Of a stretch of DNA of 51,901 nt, positions 29,021-39,288 are shown piece after piece. The stretch is from positions 1-51,901 of the forward strand of contig JAZLDE010000053.1 in NCBI GenBank assembly GCA_045614625.1, in the 5' to 3' direction. Every line of letters begins with the position of its first letter. The stretch's first letter is position 1. The position numbers and the translations under genes are program-made. The notes beneath the pieces are model-generated. The model searched no databases. It saw nothing but the letters and a program-made list of their open reading frames with translations, and was not told the origin of the DNA. This DNA is from Eubacteriales bacterium (GTDB lineage Bacteria; Bacillota; Clostridia; Oscillospirales; CAG-272).

Positions 29021-29773
29021 ATGGCCAATGATTTAAAAAAGCCAGACGGAAATGATATCGATATCAGACCAAACGGTGATGAGATCGATTTCACATCGGA
29101 ATCCAAATTACTTAAATGGTTGGATAACTACTGGTACCATTATAAATGGCACACTATCATCGCCTTATTCGTGATCATTCTTGTTGTTTTTATTGTATCG
29201 CAACAAGTAGGCGATCCTAAACAGGACACAGTTGTTACCTATTGCGGCTCATACGGTTTTCTTTCCGAGGAAACTGAGGACCTACGTGAAGCCTTCAACC
29301 GCATTATGCCCGAGGATTTTGACGGCAACGGAGAAAAATATACCGAGATCGTTCGCTATCAATTTTACTCCGAAGAGGAATTGATCGCAGACAAAGAAGC
29401 GAACGACGGTGTAGGCACGGTCAATCTTGCTTATAACGCTAAGCAGTTGTCCGACTTCAACAGCTTTGTGTCTTTTGGAGAGTGCTCTGTATATATTCTC
29501 AGCGAAGATATGTACGAATATGTCAAAACCAATAAAAGAGAGCTCCTAAAGCCGCTCGCTGATATTTTTGGCAGTGCCCCCGACAAAGCATATGACGAAT
29601 ATGCAATTCGCTTGAAGGATACGCCGTATTACGCAATGGAGCCTGCGCTCCGCAAGCTTCCGGAAGACACGCTGATCTGTATGACTGCACCGTTTCCCAT
29701 GGGAAGCAGCTCCGATCCCGAAACGTACGCGGATTCACTCGCTATGTTCCGCGCCATTGTGACGGGTAAATGA
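29021..29773 (+). CDS. conserved hypothetical membrane-anchored protein
   Basis: WLDNYWYHYKWHT, then one TM helix and an extracellular domain. RBS AAGGAG. Confidence 0.75.
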   Translation: MANDLKKPDGNDIDIRPNGDEIDFTSESKLLKWLDNYWYHYKWHTIIALFVIILVVFIVSQQVGDPKQDTVVTYCGSYGFLSEETEDLREAFNRIMPEDFDGNGEKYTEIVRYQFYSEEELIADKEANDGVGTVNLAYNAKQLSDFNSFVSFGECSVYILSEDMYEYVKTNKRELLKPLADIFGSAPDKAYDEYAIRLKDTPYYAMEPALRKLPEDTLICMTAPFPMGSSSDPETYADSLAMFRAIVTGK

Positions 29774-29777
29774 TAAT

Positions 29778-29807
29778 AAACCACCGCTGTTATCAGCGGT
29801 GGTTTTT
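29778..29807. terminator. bidirectional terminator
   Basis: AAACCACCGCTG-ttat-CAGCGGTGGTTT. Confidence 0.8.
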
Positions 29808-30291
29808 ACGTTATATAGGGTTGAATCACACGCCAAGCGTCAAGTAGTCGTTCAAACGACCATGTGGCATTCGCAGGGCTGGTGGAGGGAAGTCCGATCG
29901 CAGTGCGTTGTATTCGAGGCTGAATTAAGCGACGATAATACTTGTCTGCGGTGCTTCCGTTAAGAAAAATTTGTGAAATGCTTGAGCCATCAAGAATTGG
30001 GGTCAGATCGTTTGCCACAACCTTTGTTAAGGTGCTGTCGGCCGAGCCTTTAATTTCGCAGGCCGCTGCAACGTCCCAAAGCGCAATCCCGTGGCGAAGC
30101 AGAAGCTCTGTTTTATCTTCAATAGAAGTAGGTAACGACTCCTGACAAAGAGCGGCGATCAACGGCCAGAAGCGATTTTGGGGATGACCGTAGAAAAAAA
30201 CTACCTCACGCGAGCGGACGGAAGGGAAGCTTCCCAAAATAAGCACGCGGGAATCTTTATTATAAATCGGTTGGATTGGATGATTTATCAT
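29806..30291 (-). CDS. DNA-deoxyinosine (hypoxanthine) glycosylase, UDG superfamily family 6
   Basis: LILGSFPS, FYGHPQNRFW, IALWDV, GSADS, LPSTSPAN. Confidence 0.88.
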   Translation of the reverse strand: MINHPIQPIYNKDSRVLILGSFPSVRSREVVFFYGHPQNRFWPLIAALCQESLPTSIEDKTELLLRHGIALWDVAAACEIKGSADSTLTKVVANDLTPILDGSSISQIFLNGSTADKYYRRLIQPRIQRTAIGLPSTSPANATWSFERLLDAWRVIQPYIT

Positions 30292-30310
30292 ATAGCCTCC
30301 GAGGAGAAGA

Positions 30311-30339
30311 ATCGTATGGTGAGAAATATCCGTTTATGT
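30311..30339 (-). promoter_or_regulatory. sigmaE-type sporulation promoter
   Basis: ACATAAA-14bp-CATACGAT just upstream of the GGAGG RBS. Confidence 0.55.
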
Positions 30340-30517
30340 TTGAAATAGGTGCAAATGCAAAGATGGTTCCGTTTTTTGTCCATCGCTTTTTTGTTTTATT
30401 CGAATTGCTCGACAGATTTGTTGCAATTTTGTTCTCCTCCTATGGTAGTATGATATCAAAGAGAATGGGAGCACAGCTCGCGCCTCTTAAACGCAAATGA
30501 ATGGAAGGAGAAAGAAA

Positions 30518-31288
30518 ATGAAGCAACGCAAAACGTTAAAAAACAGATTATTGAGGGGGATGATCGTGGCAATACTCTGTATCACCATTTTGAGTATTTG
30601 TTTAACCTCTTGTCAACTGCTCAAAGGCACAAACTCCAACACTACAAGCGGAATAACTTCAGCAGAGAAGGACGCATATGACGCTAAAATCGTCTATTAT
30701 GAGGCGCAGATACAGACGTTGACATCGCAAGTCAGCGACATGGAGCAGCAGTTTTATGCTCTCCGATCTGAGTATCTCGATCAACTGCAAGAACTGGAAA
30801 AGCAGTTGGCCAATCAGCAAAAGCCAACGACTCCTCCTTCAGGCGAAGATGCGCCAAGCGGAGAAAATCCACCGCTCCAGGATACCCCCGAAGACAAACC
30901 CACAGGAGATGCTGATGTCGCTCTTTGCGAATATACTTACCGTTTGGAAAACAACTTTGCAATCCTGACCTCCTATCTCGGTCAAGAAAAAGATGTAATC
31001 GTTCCTGCTGCTGTTGACGGGTATTTAGTCATCGGTCTTGGTGATAGCGTCTTTGCCGAGTGTGACGTTCGAAGCGTTACACTACCTAAAACCGTTGAAC
31101 ATCTTGGATGGTTTACATTTTATCAATGCGAAAATCTTGAAAAGGTCGTTCTGCCGACCAGTGTCTCCAACATTGGTTACGCTTCCTTTGACGGATGCTC
31201 TAAGACTCTTTGCTTGTATGTCACCGACGGCTCTTACGCTGAGCAATATGCGCTCAGCTTTGGATTGAACTATCAAAAACAAACATAA
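30518..31288 (+). CDS. lipoprotein with coiled coil, Pro-rich linker and BspA-type leucine-rich repeats
   Basis: Lipobox LTSC; heptad region; VTLPKTVEHLGWFTFYQCENLEKVVLPTSVSNIG. Confidence 0.8.
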   Translation: MKQRKTLKNRLLRGMIVAILCITILSICLTSCQLLKGTNSNTTSGITSAEKDAYDAKIVYYEAQIQTLTSQVSDMEQQFYALRSEYLDQLQELEKQLANQQKPTTPPSGEDAPSGENPPLQDTPEDKPTGDADVALCEYTYRLENNFAILTSYLGQEKDVIVPAAVDGYLVIGLGDSVFAECDVRSVTLPKTVEHLGWFTFYQCENLEKVVLPTSVSNIGYASFDGCSKTLCLYVTDGSYAEQYALSFGLNYQKQT

Positions 31289-31292
31289 AGGG

Positions 31293-31333
31293 AAGGGCTG
31301 CCGCGCTTTGCGCGACAGCCCTTGAGCTTTTTT
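31293..31333. terminator. terminator between convergent genes
   Basis: AAGGGCTGCCGCGC-ttt-GCGCGACAGCCCTT. Confidence 0.7.
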
Positions 31334-31349
31334 ATTGATTGTGTTTCAA

Positions 31350-33974
31350 TCAATCCTTCAGAGCAGCCTGAGCGGCAGCCAGACGAGCGATCGGAACACG
31401 GAAAGGCGAGCAGGATACATAATCCAGGCCCAGAGCATGGCAGAACTCAACGGAAGTGGGATCACCACCGTGCTCACCGCAGATACCGATGTGCAGCTTA
31501 GCGTTGTTAGCACGGCCTTCCTTGCAAGCCATGTTCATCAGCTTGCCAACACCGGTCTGGTCGAGCTTTGCGAAGGGATCGTTCTCGAAGATCTTAGCAT
31601 CATAGTAAGCATTCAGGAACTTACCGGCATCGTCACGAGAGAAGCCGAAGGTCATCTGGGTCAGGTCGTTGGTACCGAAGCAGAAGAAGTCAGCGTTCTG
31701 AGCGATCTCGTCAGCGGTCAGGCATGCACGAGGAATCTCGATCATGGTACCAACTTCATACTCGAGCTCAACACCTGCAGCTGCGATCTCAGCGTCAGCA
31801 GTTGCAATAACGACGGACTTAACGTACTTAAGCTCCTTAACCTCACCAACCAGAGGAATCATGATTTCGGAAACCATCTTCCATTCGGGATGAGCCTTCT
31901 GAACGTTGATAGCAGCGCGGATAACAGCCTTGGTCTGCATAGCTGCGATCTCGGGGTAGGTGACAGCCAGACGGCAGCCACGGTGACCCATCATGGGGTT
32001 GAACTCATGCAGGGAAGCGATGATAGCCTTGATCTGCTCAACGGTCTTGCCCTGTGCAGCAGCCAGAGCTGCGATGTCCTCTTCCGTGGTAGGAACGAAC
32101 TCATGCAGAGGGGGATCCAGGAAACGGATGCAAACGGGAGTGCCCTCGAGAGCCTCGTAGATCTTCTCGAAGTCGCCCTGCTGATAAGGCAGGATCTTCT
32201 CCAGAGCGACCTCGCGCTCTGCAGCGGTGTCAGCACAGATCATTTCGCGGAATGCAGCGATTCTGTTAGCCTCAAAGAACATGTGCTCGGTACGGCACAG
32301 ACCGATACCCTCAGCGCCCAGCTCACGAGCCTTCTTTGCGTCTGCGGGAGTATCAGCATTGGTGCGAACCTTCAGCTTACGGAACTCGTCAGCCCAGCCC
32401 ATGATGGTGCCGAAGTTGCCCGAGATCTCAGCATCAACGGTAGCAATAATACCGTCGTAGATGTTACCGGTAGAACCGTCGATGGAGATGTAGTCACCCT
32501 CAACGTAGGTCTTACCAGCCAGCGTGAACTTCTTGTTCTCTTCGTCCATAGCGATGTCGCCACAGCCGGAAACGCAGCACTTACCCATACCACGAGCAAC
32601 AACGGCTGCGTGAGAGGTCATACCACCGCGAACAGTCAGGATACCCTGAGAAGCCTTCATACCGGTGATATCTTCGGGAGAGGTCTCCAGACGAACCAGG
32701 ATTACCTTCTTGCCGGCTGCCTTCCAAGCCTCTGCGTCCTCAGCGGAGAAGACGACCTGGCCGCAAGCAGCACCGGGAGAAGCGCCCAGACCCTTACCGA
32801 CGGGGTTAGCAGCCTTAAGAGCCATAGCGTCGAACTGGGGGTGGAGTAGGGTGTCGAGGTTTCTGGGGTCGATCACCAGAACGGCCTCTTCTCTGGTCTT
32901 GTGACCCTCAGCAACGAGGTCAACAGCGATCTGCAGAGCAGCAGGAGCGGTTCTCTTACCGTTACGAGTCTGGAGCATGTAGAGCTGCTCGTTCTCGATG
33001 GTGAACTCCATATCCTGCATATCGTGGTAGTGGTTCTCGAGGATCTCGCAAACCTTTACGAACTGTGCGTAAGCAGCGGGGAACTTGTTAGCCATCTCTG
33101 CGATGGGCATGGGGGTACGAACGCCTGCAACGACGTCCTCGCCCTGTGCGTTGGTCAGGAACTCACCCATGAGCTTCTTCTCACCGGTGGAGGGGTCACG
33201 GGTAAATGCTACGCCGGTACCGCAGTTCTCGCCCATGTTACCGAATGCCATTGCCTGTACGTTAACAGCAGTACCCCAAGAGTAGGGAATATCGTTGTCG
33301 CGGCGATAAACGTTTGCACGAGGGTTGTCCCAAGAACGGAAAACGGCCTTAACTGCGCCGATGAGCTGTTCCTTGGGATCGGAGGGGAAGTCAGCACCGA
33401 TCTTAGCCTTGTACTCAGCCTTGAACTGGTTAGCCAGCTCCTTCAGGTCGTCAGCGGTCAGTTCGACGTCGAGCTTTACGCCCTTTTCTTCCTTCATCTT
33501 GTCGATGAGCTCCTCGAAGTACTTCTTACCGACTTCCATAACGACGTCGGAGTACATCTGGATAAATCTACGATAGCAGTCGTAAGCCCAACGAGCGTTG
33601 CCGGACTTCTTAGCCATAACTTCAACAACCTCTTCATTCAGACCGAGGTTCAGAATGGTGTCCATCATACCGGGCATGGATGCACGAGCACCGGAACGAA
33701 CGGAAACGAGCAGGGGGTTCTCGAGGTCACCGAACTTCTTACCGGTAACACCCTCCATCTTTACGATGTACTCCATGATTTCAGCCATGATCTCATCGTT
33801 GATCTGACGGCCGTCCTCATAGTACTGGGTGCAGGCTTCGGTAGAGATGGTGAAGCCCTGGGGAACAGGAAGACCGATGTTGGTCATCTCTGCGAGGTTG
33901 GCTCCCTTACCGCCAAGGATTTCACGCATGCTTGCGTTACCCTCGGAGAAGAGATAGCAATACTTTTTTGCCAT
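31350..33974 (-). CDS. ppdK: pyruvate, phosphate dikinase
   Basis: LGGKGANLAEM, GGMTSHAAVVARG (phospho-His), GLCRTEHM, GTNDLTQ, CGEHGGDP. Confidence 0.98.
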   Translation of the reverse strand: MAKKYCYLFSEGNASMREILGGKGANLAEMTNIGLPVPQGFTISTEACTQYYEDGRQINDEIMAEIMEYIVKMEGVTGKKFGDLENPLLVSVRSGARASMPGMMDTILNLGLNEEVVEVMAKKSGNARWAYDCYRRFIQMYSDVVMEVGKKYFEELIDKMKEEKGVKLDVELTADDLKELANQFKAEYKAKIGADFPSDPKEQLIGAVKAVFRSWDNPRANVYRRDNDIPYSWGTAVNVQAMAFGNMGENCGTGVAFTRDPSTGEKKLMGEFLTNAQGEDVVAGVRTPMPIAEMANKFPAAYAQFVKVCEILENHYHDMQDMEFTIENEQLYMLQTRNGKRTAPAALQIAVDLVAEGHKTREEAVLVIDPRNLDTLLHPQFDAMALKAANPVGKGLGASPGAACGQVVFSAEDAEAWKAAGKKVILVRLETSPEDITGMKASQGILTVRGGMTSHAAVVARGMGKCCVSGCGDIAMDEENKKFTLAGKTYVEGDYISIDGSTGNIYDGIIATVDAEISGNFGTIMGWADEFRKLKVRTNADTPADAKKARELGAEGIGLCRTEHMFFEANRIAAFREMICADTAAEREVALEKILPYQQGDFEKIYEALEGTPVCIRFLDPPLHEFVPTTEEDIAALAAAQGKTVEQIKAIIASLHEFNPMMGHRGCRLAVTYPEIAAMQTKAVIRAAINVQKAHPEWKMVSEIMIPLVGEVKELKYVKSVVIATADAEIAAAGVELEYEVGTMIEIPRACLTADEIAQNADFFCFGTNDLTQMTFGFSRDDAGKFLNAYYDAKIFENDPFAKLDQTGVGKLMNMACKEGRANNAKLHIGICGEHGGDPTSVEFCHALGLDYVSCSPFRVPIARLAAAQAALKD

Positions 33975-34232
33975 TTAGAATTCCTCCATATAAAAAATTA
34001 AATTGGAAACTTATGCTGTGGCGCTTGGCATTTTGGCATGAAAACACGCCAAAAAAAGCCCTTCGCGGACTTTTTTGCCAATCGCATTGCTTATTATATC
34101 ATAAATATCTATATTTGAAAAGCGTTTCGTGAATTTTTTATCAGATGCAAATGTAAATATTTTATGAACATATAGAAAAATTATCATATTTACCTCGCGC
34201 GAGCAATAAACGTGAGATTTTTCAAAAAACAT

Positions 34233-34261
34233 TTGACAATATGGATAAAATAGGCTATAAT
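34233..34261 (+). promoter_or_regulatory. sigmaA promoter
   Basis: Perfect TTGACA-17bp-TATAAT. Confidence 0.75.
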
Positions 34262-34321
34262 GTAATAATGCGCAGAGCTTCGCTCTTTGTCGTTAGAAAT
34301 GAATGATTTACGGAGGAAAAC

Positions 34322-35008
34322 ATGTCGGAATGGTTGATCTACATCACAGATAATATCGGTGTTGCTGCGGCCGCGGTATCGGGCGCTATGATTGCCATTG
34401 AGCGCAAAATGGATCTGTTCGGCGTATTCTTTCTCGGCATGATCACTGCTTTGGGCGGCGGCGTTTTGCGTGACGTGCTGCTGGGCGAGGTCCCGCCTCG
34501 CTTTTTCACCAATTATCTGGCGATTCTGATCGTAGTGATTATGGTATCCACCGTATTCATCGTAGCAAAAACGTGGAACGGTTGGCGCAATCCTGCCACT
34601 AAGCAACGCATCGATCAGATCCACAATTTGTTCGACGCGATCGGCCTTTCTGCCTTTACGATCACGGGCGTTCAGGTTGCCATGACAGCCGGGTATCAAG
34701 CTAACGGTTTTCTCTGCGTTTTTATGGGCATGACCACAGGCATTGGCGGTGGTGTTTTGCGTGATATGATGAGCCGACACACGCCTTATGTGCTACAAAA
34801 GCGTATCTATGCGGTCGCCTCGATCATCGGTGCGGTCGTTTACTGGACGCTGTGTTATTTTGCGCTTGTCCCCGCGCTCTCGCAAATCATCGCTATGATT
34901 CTGATCATCACCATTCGCGTCTGTGCTACCGTATTCCGCTGGAACCTGCCTCGAGTTCAACTTGACGAAACAGAAGGCGAACTTCATCACAATAAGGATA
35001 ACAAATAA
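34322..35008 (+). CDS. trimeric intracellular cation channel family protein (UPF0126/YadS-like)
   Basis: Duplicated motif TALGGGVLRDVL / TGIGGGVLRDMM, DAIGL. Confidence 0.9.
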   Translation: MSEWLIYITDNIGVAAAAVSGAMIAIERKMDLFGVFFLGMITALGGGVLRDVLLGEVPPRFFTNYLAILIVVIMVSTVFIVAKTWNGWRNPATKQRIDQIHNLFDAIGLSAFTITGVQVAMTAGYQANGFLCVFMGMTTGIGGGVLRDMMSRHTPYVLQKRIYAVASIIGAVVYWTLCYFALVPALSQIIAMILIITIRVCATVFRWNLPRVQLDETEGELHHNKDNK

Positions 35009-35009
35009 A

Positions 35010-35642
35010 ATGACTGATATTTTTGCATTATTCAAGAAAATTTCAAAAGAAAACGATACACCGAATACCCCCATCACACACTTGATTGTTGGCTTAGGCA
35101 ACCCCGGAGATAAGTATCATTACACGCGTCACAATGCAGGATTTTTGATGATGGATTATCTTTCTCAACGTTGCAACGCGCAAATCAACAAGCTTAAGTT
35201 CAAATCTCTCGTGGGTGAGGCTACCGTCGCAGGAAAACGAGTGTTGCTCATGAAACCGCAGACATTCATGAATGCTTCGGGCGAGGCGGTTCAGCAGGCG
35301 GCTGCTTTCTATAAGATCCCCATGGAAAACGTGCTGGTCTTCTCGGATGACGTGTCACTTGACGTCGGCCGTGTCCGCGTGCGCGGCAAAGGAAGTGACG
35401 GAGGCCAGCGAGGCCTACGTAGCATTATCACGATCATGAACAGTGATACCTTCCCGCGCATTCGCTTCGGCGTTGGCAAAAAACCACATCCCGATTACGA
35501 TTTGGCCGATTGGGTACTCTCGGACTTCAATAAAGACGAGCAGAACGCACTGTTTGCAGCCTTTGAAAAAGCATACGATGGTGCCGTCAAGGTGCTTGAA
35601 GGAGATATCGACGGAGCGATGCAGCTCTGCAACGGAAAATAA
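35010..35642 (+). CDS. pth: peptidyl-tRNA hydrolase
   Basis: LIVGLGNPG..TRHNAGF, KPQTFMNASG, GSDGGQRG. Confidence 0.95.
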   Translation: MTDIFALFKKISKENDTPNTPITHLIVGLGNPGDKYHYTRHNAGFLMMDYLSQRCNAQINKLKFKSLVGEATVAGKRVLLMKPQTFMNASGEAVQQAAAFYKIPMENVLVFSDDVSLDVGRVRVRGKGSDGGQRGLRSIITIMNSDTFPRIRFGVGKKPHPDYDLADWVLSDFNKDEQNALFAAFEKAYDGAVKVLEGDIDGAMQLCNGK

Positions 35643-35656
35643 ATAATAGTGAGTGA

Positions 35657-38600
35657 ATGATGACGTTATTAACTCAAACCATTCGAGCGGATAAGGAATA
35701 CGCCCAGCTGCTCGAAACGGCGACAAAGCAATTCAAAGCGTCGAAAACACTACCCATTTTGATCAATGGACTGTGTGAAGGCGCCTCGGATGCCATGCTC
35801 GCCTCACTGCTTTGCGATTTGCCGCACAAGGGCTGTGCGCTGATCGTTTGCCCCGAGGAAAAGGAATGTGTGCGCGTTAACGCCATGTTACAGCGTTTTG
35901 GACAGCGTAGTGCTTTTTTCATCGGACGAGATTTTACGTTTTATAATATTACTGCCTCCCATGAGTATGAACATGAGAGGCTTGACGTGTTGTTCGGACT
36001 TCTTAACGGAAGTCTTGATGCCGTGGTTACGACCCCCGACGCAGCGCTCGGTTATACCATCCCGCCTGATCGGTTGGCCGAATCCGTTTTGCGGCTGAAT
36101 TTCAACAGCATCGTCGATTTGAACGAGCTGATCCGCAAGCTGGTCGCTGCTGGCTACAGCCGTGCGGACATGGTTGACGGTAAGGGGCAGTTTGCTGTTC
36201 GCGGCGGCATCGTTGACATCTATCCGCCCAATGGTCATTACACCGACGAAGATGGTCAAAAACTTGACGGTTCTATGGCGTTGCGCATTGAACTATTTGG
36301 CGACGAGATTGACCGTATGGGTCTTTTCGACGTTGACTCGCAGCGAATCCACACCACGGTTATGAACGTTGAGCTTCCGCCCGCGCGTGAGATTCTGATC
36401 AACGATGACGTTCGTGATGCACTCAAAAAGGCAATCTCGGCTCAATTTAAAACCCAGCACGACGAAGCTGTCGAGCAGGAGCTGATCAAGGAAGGCGCTG
36501 CCGTTGATCAAAGCCGCGCCTGCGGAGGAGACATCGCATTCGCCGATAAATACATTTCCTTGATCTATCCGGAAAAGACCAGCCTTCTGGACTATTTCAC
36601 TGATCGAGCTCCCATCTTCTTGCTGAAAACAAATAACATTTACGACCGTTTGAAGGCATCGGAATGGCATCGTAATCAAACCATTGAAGAGCTGGTTCGC
36701 GGCGGTACGATCGCACCCAAATATACGCAGTATTCGAAAGCTAACGTGGCGTTCGACGTATTTCTCGGTCAAAACGTGACTTTCCACGTTGACTCTATGT
36801 CCTACGGACTTTCGGGACAGCGTTTGGCAGGGATGTTCGGCTTCCGCTCAAAACAGATGGTTTCGTATGGCGACAATTTCACGCTACTCGAAGAGGATCT
36901 TGCTTCCTATCTTTCACAGAATTATCGCGTGATCCTATTGGCGGAAAACGAGATGTATGCTCAAAATCTGCACGGTATTTTGGGCGATCACGGATTTGAG
37001 GTATCACTTGCCAAAACAGAGGATATTTCACTCGACAAAGTCAAAAAGGGAAGCGTCTTGATCGTCTGGCAGCAGCATTTGGCAGGCTTTGAATTGGTAA
37101 CGCCTCGCGTTGCCGTGTTGTCAACCACCTCCGACACACGTCGTGGACATCTTGCCACGAGCGGAAAGATCAAAAGCAACAAAAAGACCAAATCCGCCTC
37201 GCAGGCGATCCTATCGTATGCCGATCTTCAGGTCGGAGATTTTGTTGTACACGAGAATTACGGTATTGGACGTTATACGGGCATTGAAACTATGACCGTT
37301 GCGGGCGTGACTCGCGACTATATCGGCATTCAGTACGCCGGAAGCGATAAGCTGTTCCTCCCCACCGAAATGCTGGATAAAGTATCAAAGTACATCGGCT
37401 CACATGCAGACGATGGCATGGTCAAGCTTTCCAAATTCGGTGGCGAGGTTTGGAACAGAACCAAAGCACGCACCCGCGCATCGGTCAAAGAGATTGCCAA
37501 GGATCTAATCAAACTGTACGCCGAGCGAAAGCGTCGCCCCGGCTTTGCTTTCCCGCACGATGATGAATTTCAGCGCAATTTTGACGCTGCTTTTGAATAT
37601 GAAGAAACAGATGGCCAGCTTCGAGCGGTAAATGACGTTAAGCGCGATATGACCTCGACCGCCCCGATGGACCGCCTTCTTTGCGGTGACGTTGGCTTTG
37701 GTAAAACAGAGGTTGCTCTACGTGCCGCGTACAAAGCCGTTCTGGGCGGAAAACAAGTAGCTGTATTGGTTCCAACGACAATACTGGCACTCCAGCACTA
37801 TCAAACCTTTACAAGCCGTATGCGAGCCTTTGGCGTCCACGTAGACATGATCTCTCGTTTCCGCACTCCAAAAGAGCAGGAGCTGTCACTTCGTCGCCTT
37901 AAACGAGGCGAGGTCGATGTCTTGATCGGCACGCACCGTCTGATCGGTAAGGACGTGACATTCCACGACCTTGGCCTTTTGATCGTTGACGAAGAGCAGC
38001 GCTTTGGTGTTGCACAAAAGGAAAAGCTCAAGCAAATGGCCGGCAACGTAGACGTTCTTACTCTTTCTGCTACGCCGATTCCTCGCACTTTGAACATGGC
38101 CATGGGTGGACTTCGTGACATTTCTGTTCTGGACGAAGCGCCCGGTGAGCGTCTGCCCGTGCAGACCTACGTTTTAGAGGAAGACGAGCTTATTATCACC
38201 GAGGCTATCCGCAGGGAACTGCGGCGCGGTGGCCAAGTGTTTTACCTTCATAATACCGTCGAAACAATTGATAGCGTTGCCTCAAAAATCGCCAAGGAAA
38301 TCCCCGAGGCTCGCATTACCGTTGCGCACGGCAAGATGGACAAAGACACACTGGAGGGTATCTGGGAGCAAATGCTCGGTGGCGAGATCGATATTCTCGT
38401 TTGCACGACCATCATTGAAACAGGTATTGACGTTGCCAATGCAAACACGCTGATCGTAGACAACGCGCACCGTTTAGGGCTTTCCCAGCTTCACCAGCTG
38501 CGCGGGCGAGTCGGTCGTTCCTCCCGTCGCGCCTATGCGTACTTCACCTATCCTAAATTCAAGGCCTTGCCTGAGATCGCTCAAAAGCGGCTGGAGGCCA

Positions 38601-39235
38601 TCCGCGATTACGCCGAGTTTGGCGCGGGCTTTAAGATCGCTCTTCGCGACATGGAGATCCGCGGTGCAGGCAATTTGCTCGGCACCGAGCAGCACGGTCA
38701 TATGGATGCTGTCGGCTATGATCTGTATATCAAGCTACTCAATCAAGCTGTCCTTGAAGAAAAGGGTGAGCCTGTGAAGCCTGAGGCCGAGTGCACCATT
38801 ACCATCAATTTCGACGCGTATATCCCTGACAGATACGTTCCGTATCCCGCACAGCGTATGGAGTTGTATAAGAAGATTGCCATGATTGCCACGGAGCAGG
38901 ACCGTGACGATATTCTCGACGAGATTTTGGACCGCTTTGGCGACATTCCCAAGGCGACTGAAAATCTTTTGAACATCGCGCTCATTCGCGCCTATGGTAA
39001 GCAATGCGGTATCAAGCAGATCCGCCAGGAAGCAGATATCATTCAGTTCTATCCCGAGAAGATTGACTTTGACGTATGGACGGAACTGTCCGTGCTTTTG
39101 CCCGGGCGTCTGCGTATGGCAATGGCAGGCGAGCCGCACCTCAATCTGAAACTGAAATCCGGCGAGGACGTATTGCCGTTTATTCACAAAATGTTTGAAA
39201 AATATATAGAAATTGCTCAACAAAACAACACGTGA
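35657..39235 (+). CDS. mfd: transcription-repair coupling factor
   Basis: UvrB-like N-terminus, RID domain (VVHENYGIG), CGDVGFGKTEVA, VDEEQRFG, QLRGRVGR, TRCF C-terminus. Confidence 0.97.
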   Translation: MMTLLTQTIRADKEYAQLLETATKQFKASKTLPILINGLCEGASDAMLASLLCDLPHKGCALIVCPEEKECVRVNAMLQRFGQRSAFFIGRDFTFYNITASHEYEHERLDVLFGLLNGSLDAVVTTPDAALGYTIPPDRLAESVLRLNFNSIVDLNELIRKLVAAGYSRADMVDGKGQFAVRGGIVDIYPPNGHYTDEDGQKLDGSMALRIELFGDEIDRMGLFDVDSQRIHTTVMNVELPPAREILINDDVRDALKKAISAQFKTQHDEAVEQELIKEGAAVDQSRACGGDIAFADKYISLIYPEKTSLLDYFTDRAPIFLLKTNNIYDRLKASEWHRNQTIEELVRGGTIAPKYTQYSKANVAFDVFLGQNVTFHVDSMSYGLSGQRLAGMFGFRSKQMVSYGDNFTLLEEDLASYLSQNYRVILLAENEMYAQNLHGILGDHGFEVSLAKTEDISLDKVKKGSVLIVWQQHLAGFELVTPRVAVLSTTSDTRRGHLATSGKIKSNKKTKSASQAILSYADLQVGDFVVHENYGIGRYTGIETMTVAGVTRDYIGIQYAGSDKLFLPTEMLDKVSKYIGSHADDGMVKLSKFGGEVWNRTKARTRASVKEIAKDLIKLYAERKRRPGFAFPHDDEFQRNFDAAFEYEETDGQLRAVNDVKRDMTSTAPMDRLLCGDVGFGKTEVALRAAYKAVLGGKQVAVLVPTTILALQHYQTFTSRMRAFGVHVDMISRFRTPKEQELSLRRLKRGEVDVLIGTHRLIGKDVTFHDLGLLIVDEEQRFGVAQKEKLKQMAGNVDVLTLSATPIPRTLNMAMGGLRDISVLDEAPGERLPVQTYVLEEDELIITEAIRRELRRGGQVFYLHNTVETIDSVASKIAKEIPEARITVAHGKMDKDTLEGIWEQMLGGEIDILVCTTIIETGIDVANANTLIVDNAHRLGLSQLHQLRGRVGRSSRRAYAYFTYPKFKALPEIAQKRLEAIRDYAEFGAGFKIALRDMEIRGAGNLLGTEQHGHMDAVGYDLYIKLLNQAVLEEKGEPVKPEAECTITINFDAYIPDRYVPYPAQRMELYKKIAMIATEQDRDDILDEILDRFGDIPKATENLLNIALIRAYGKQCGIKQIRQEADIIQFYPEKIDFDVWTELSVLLPGRLRMAMAGEPHLNLKLKSGEDVLPFIHKMFEKYIEIAQQNNT

Positions 39236-39288
39236 AAACGGTATAATGAAAGGGAAGACCTAACCATAAGAAAGGTATATCAAACAAC

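Noticed and set aside
31335-34001. Long plus-strand ORFs (504 and 366 aa) opposite ppdK
   Set aside because: Antisense shadows caused by strong codon bias. The same applies to 4071-5351, 16142-18871, 25805-27070 and 48780-49964.
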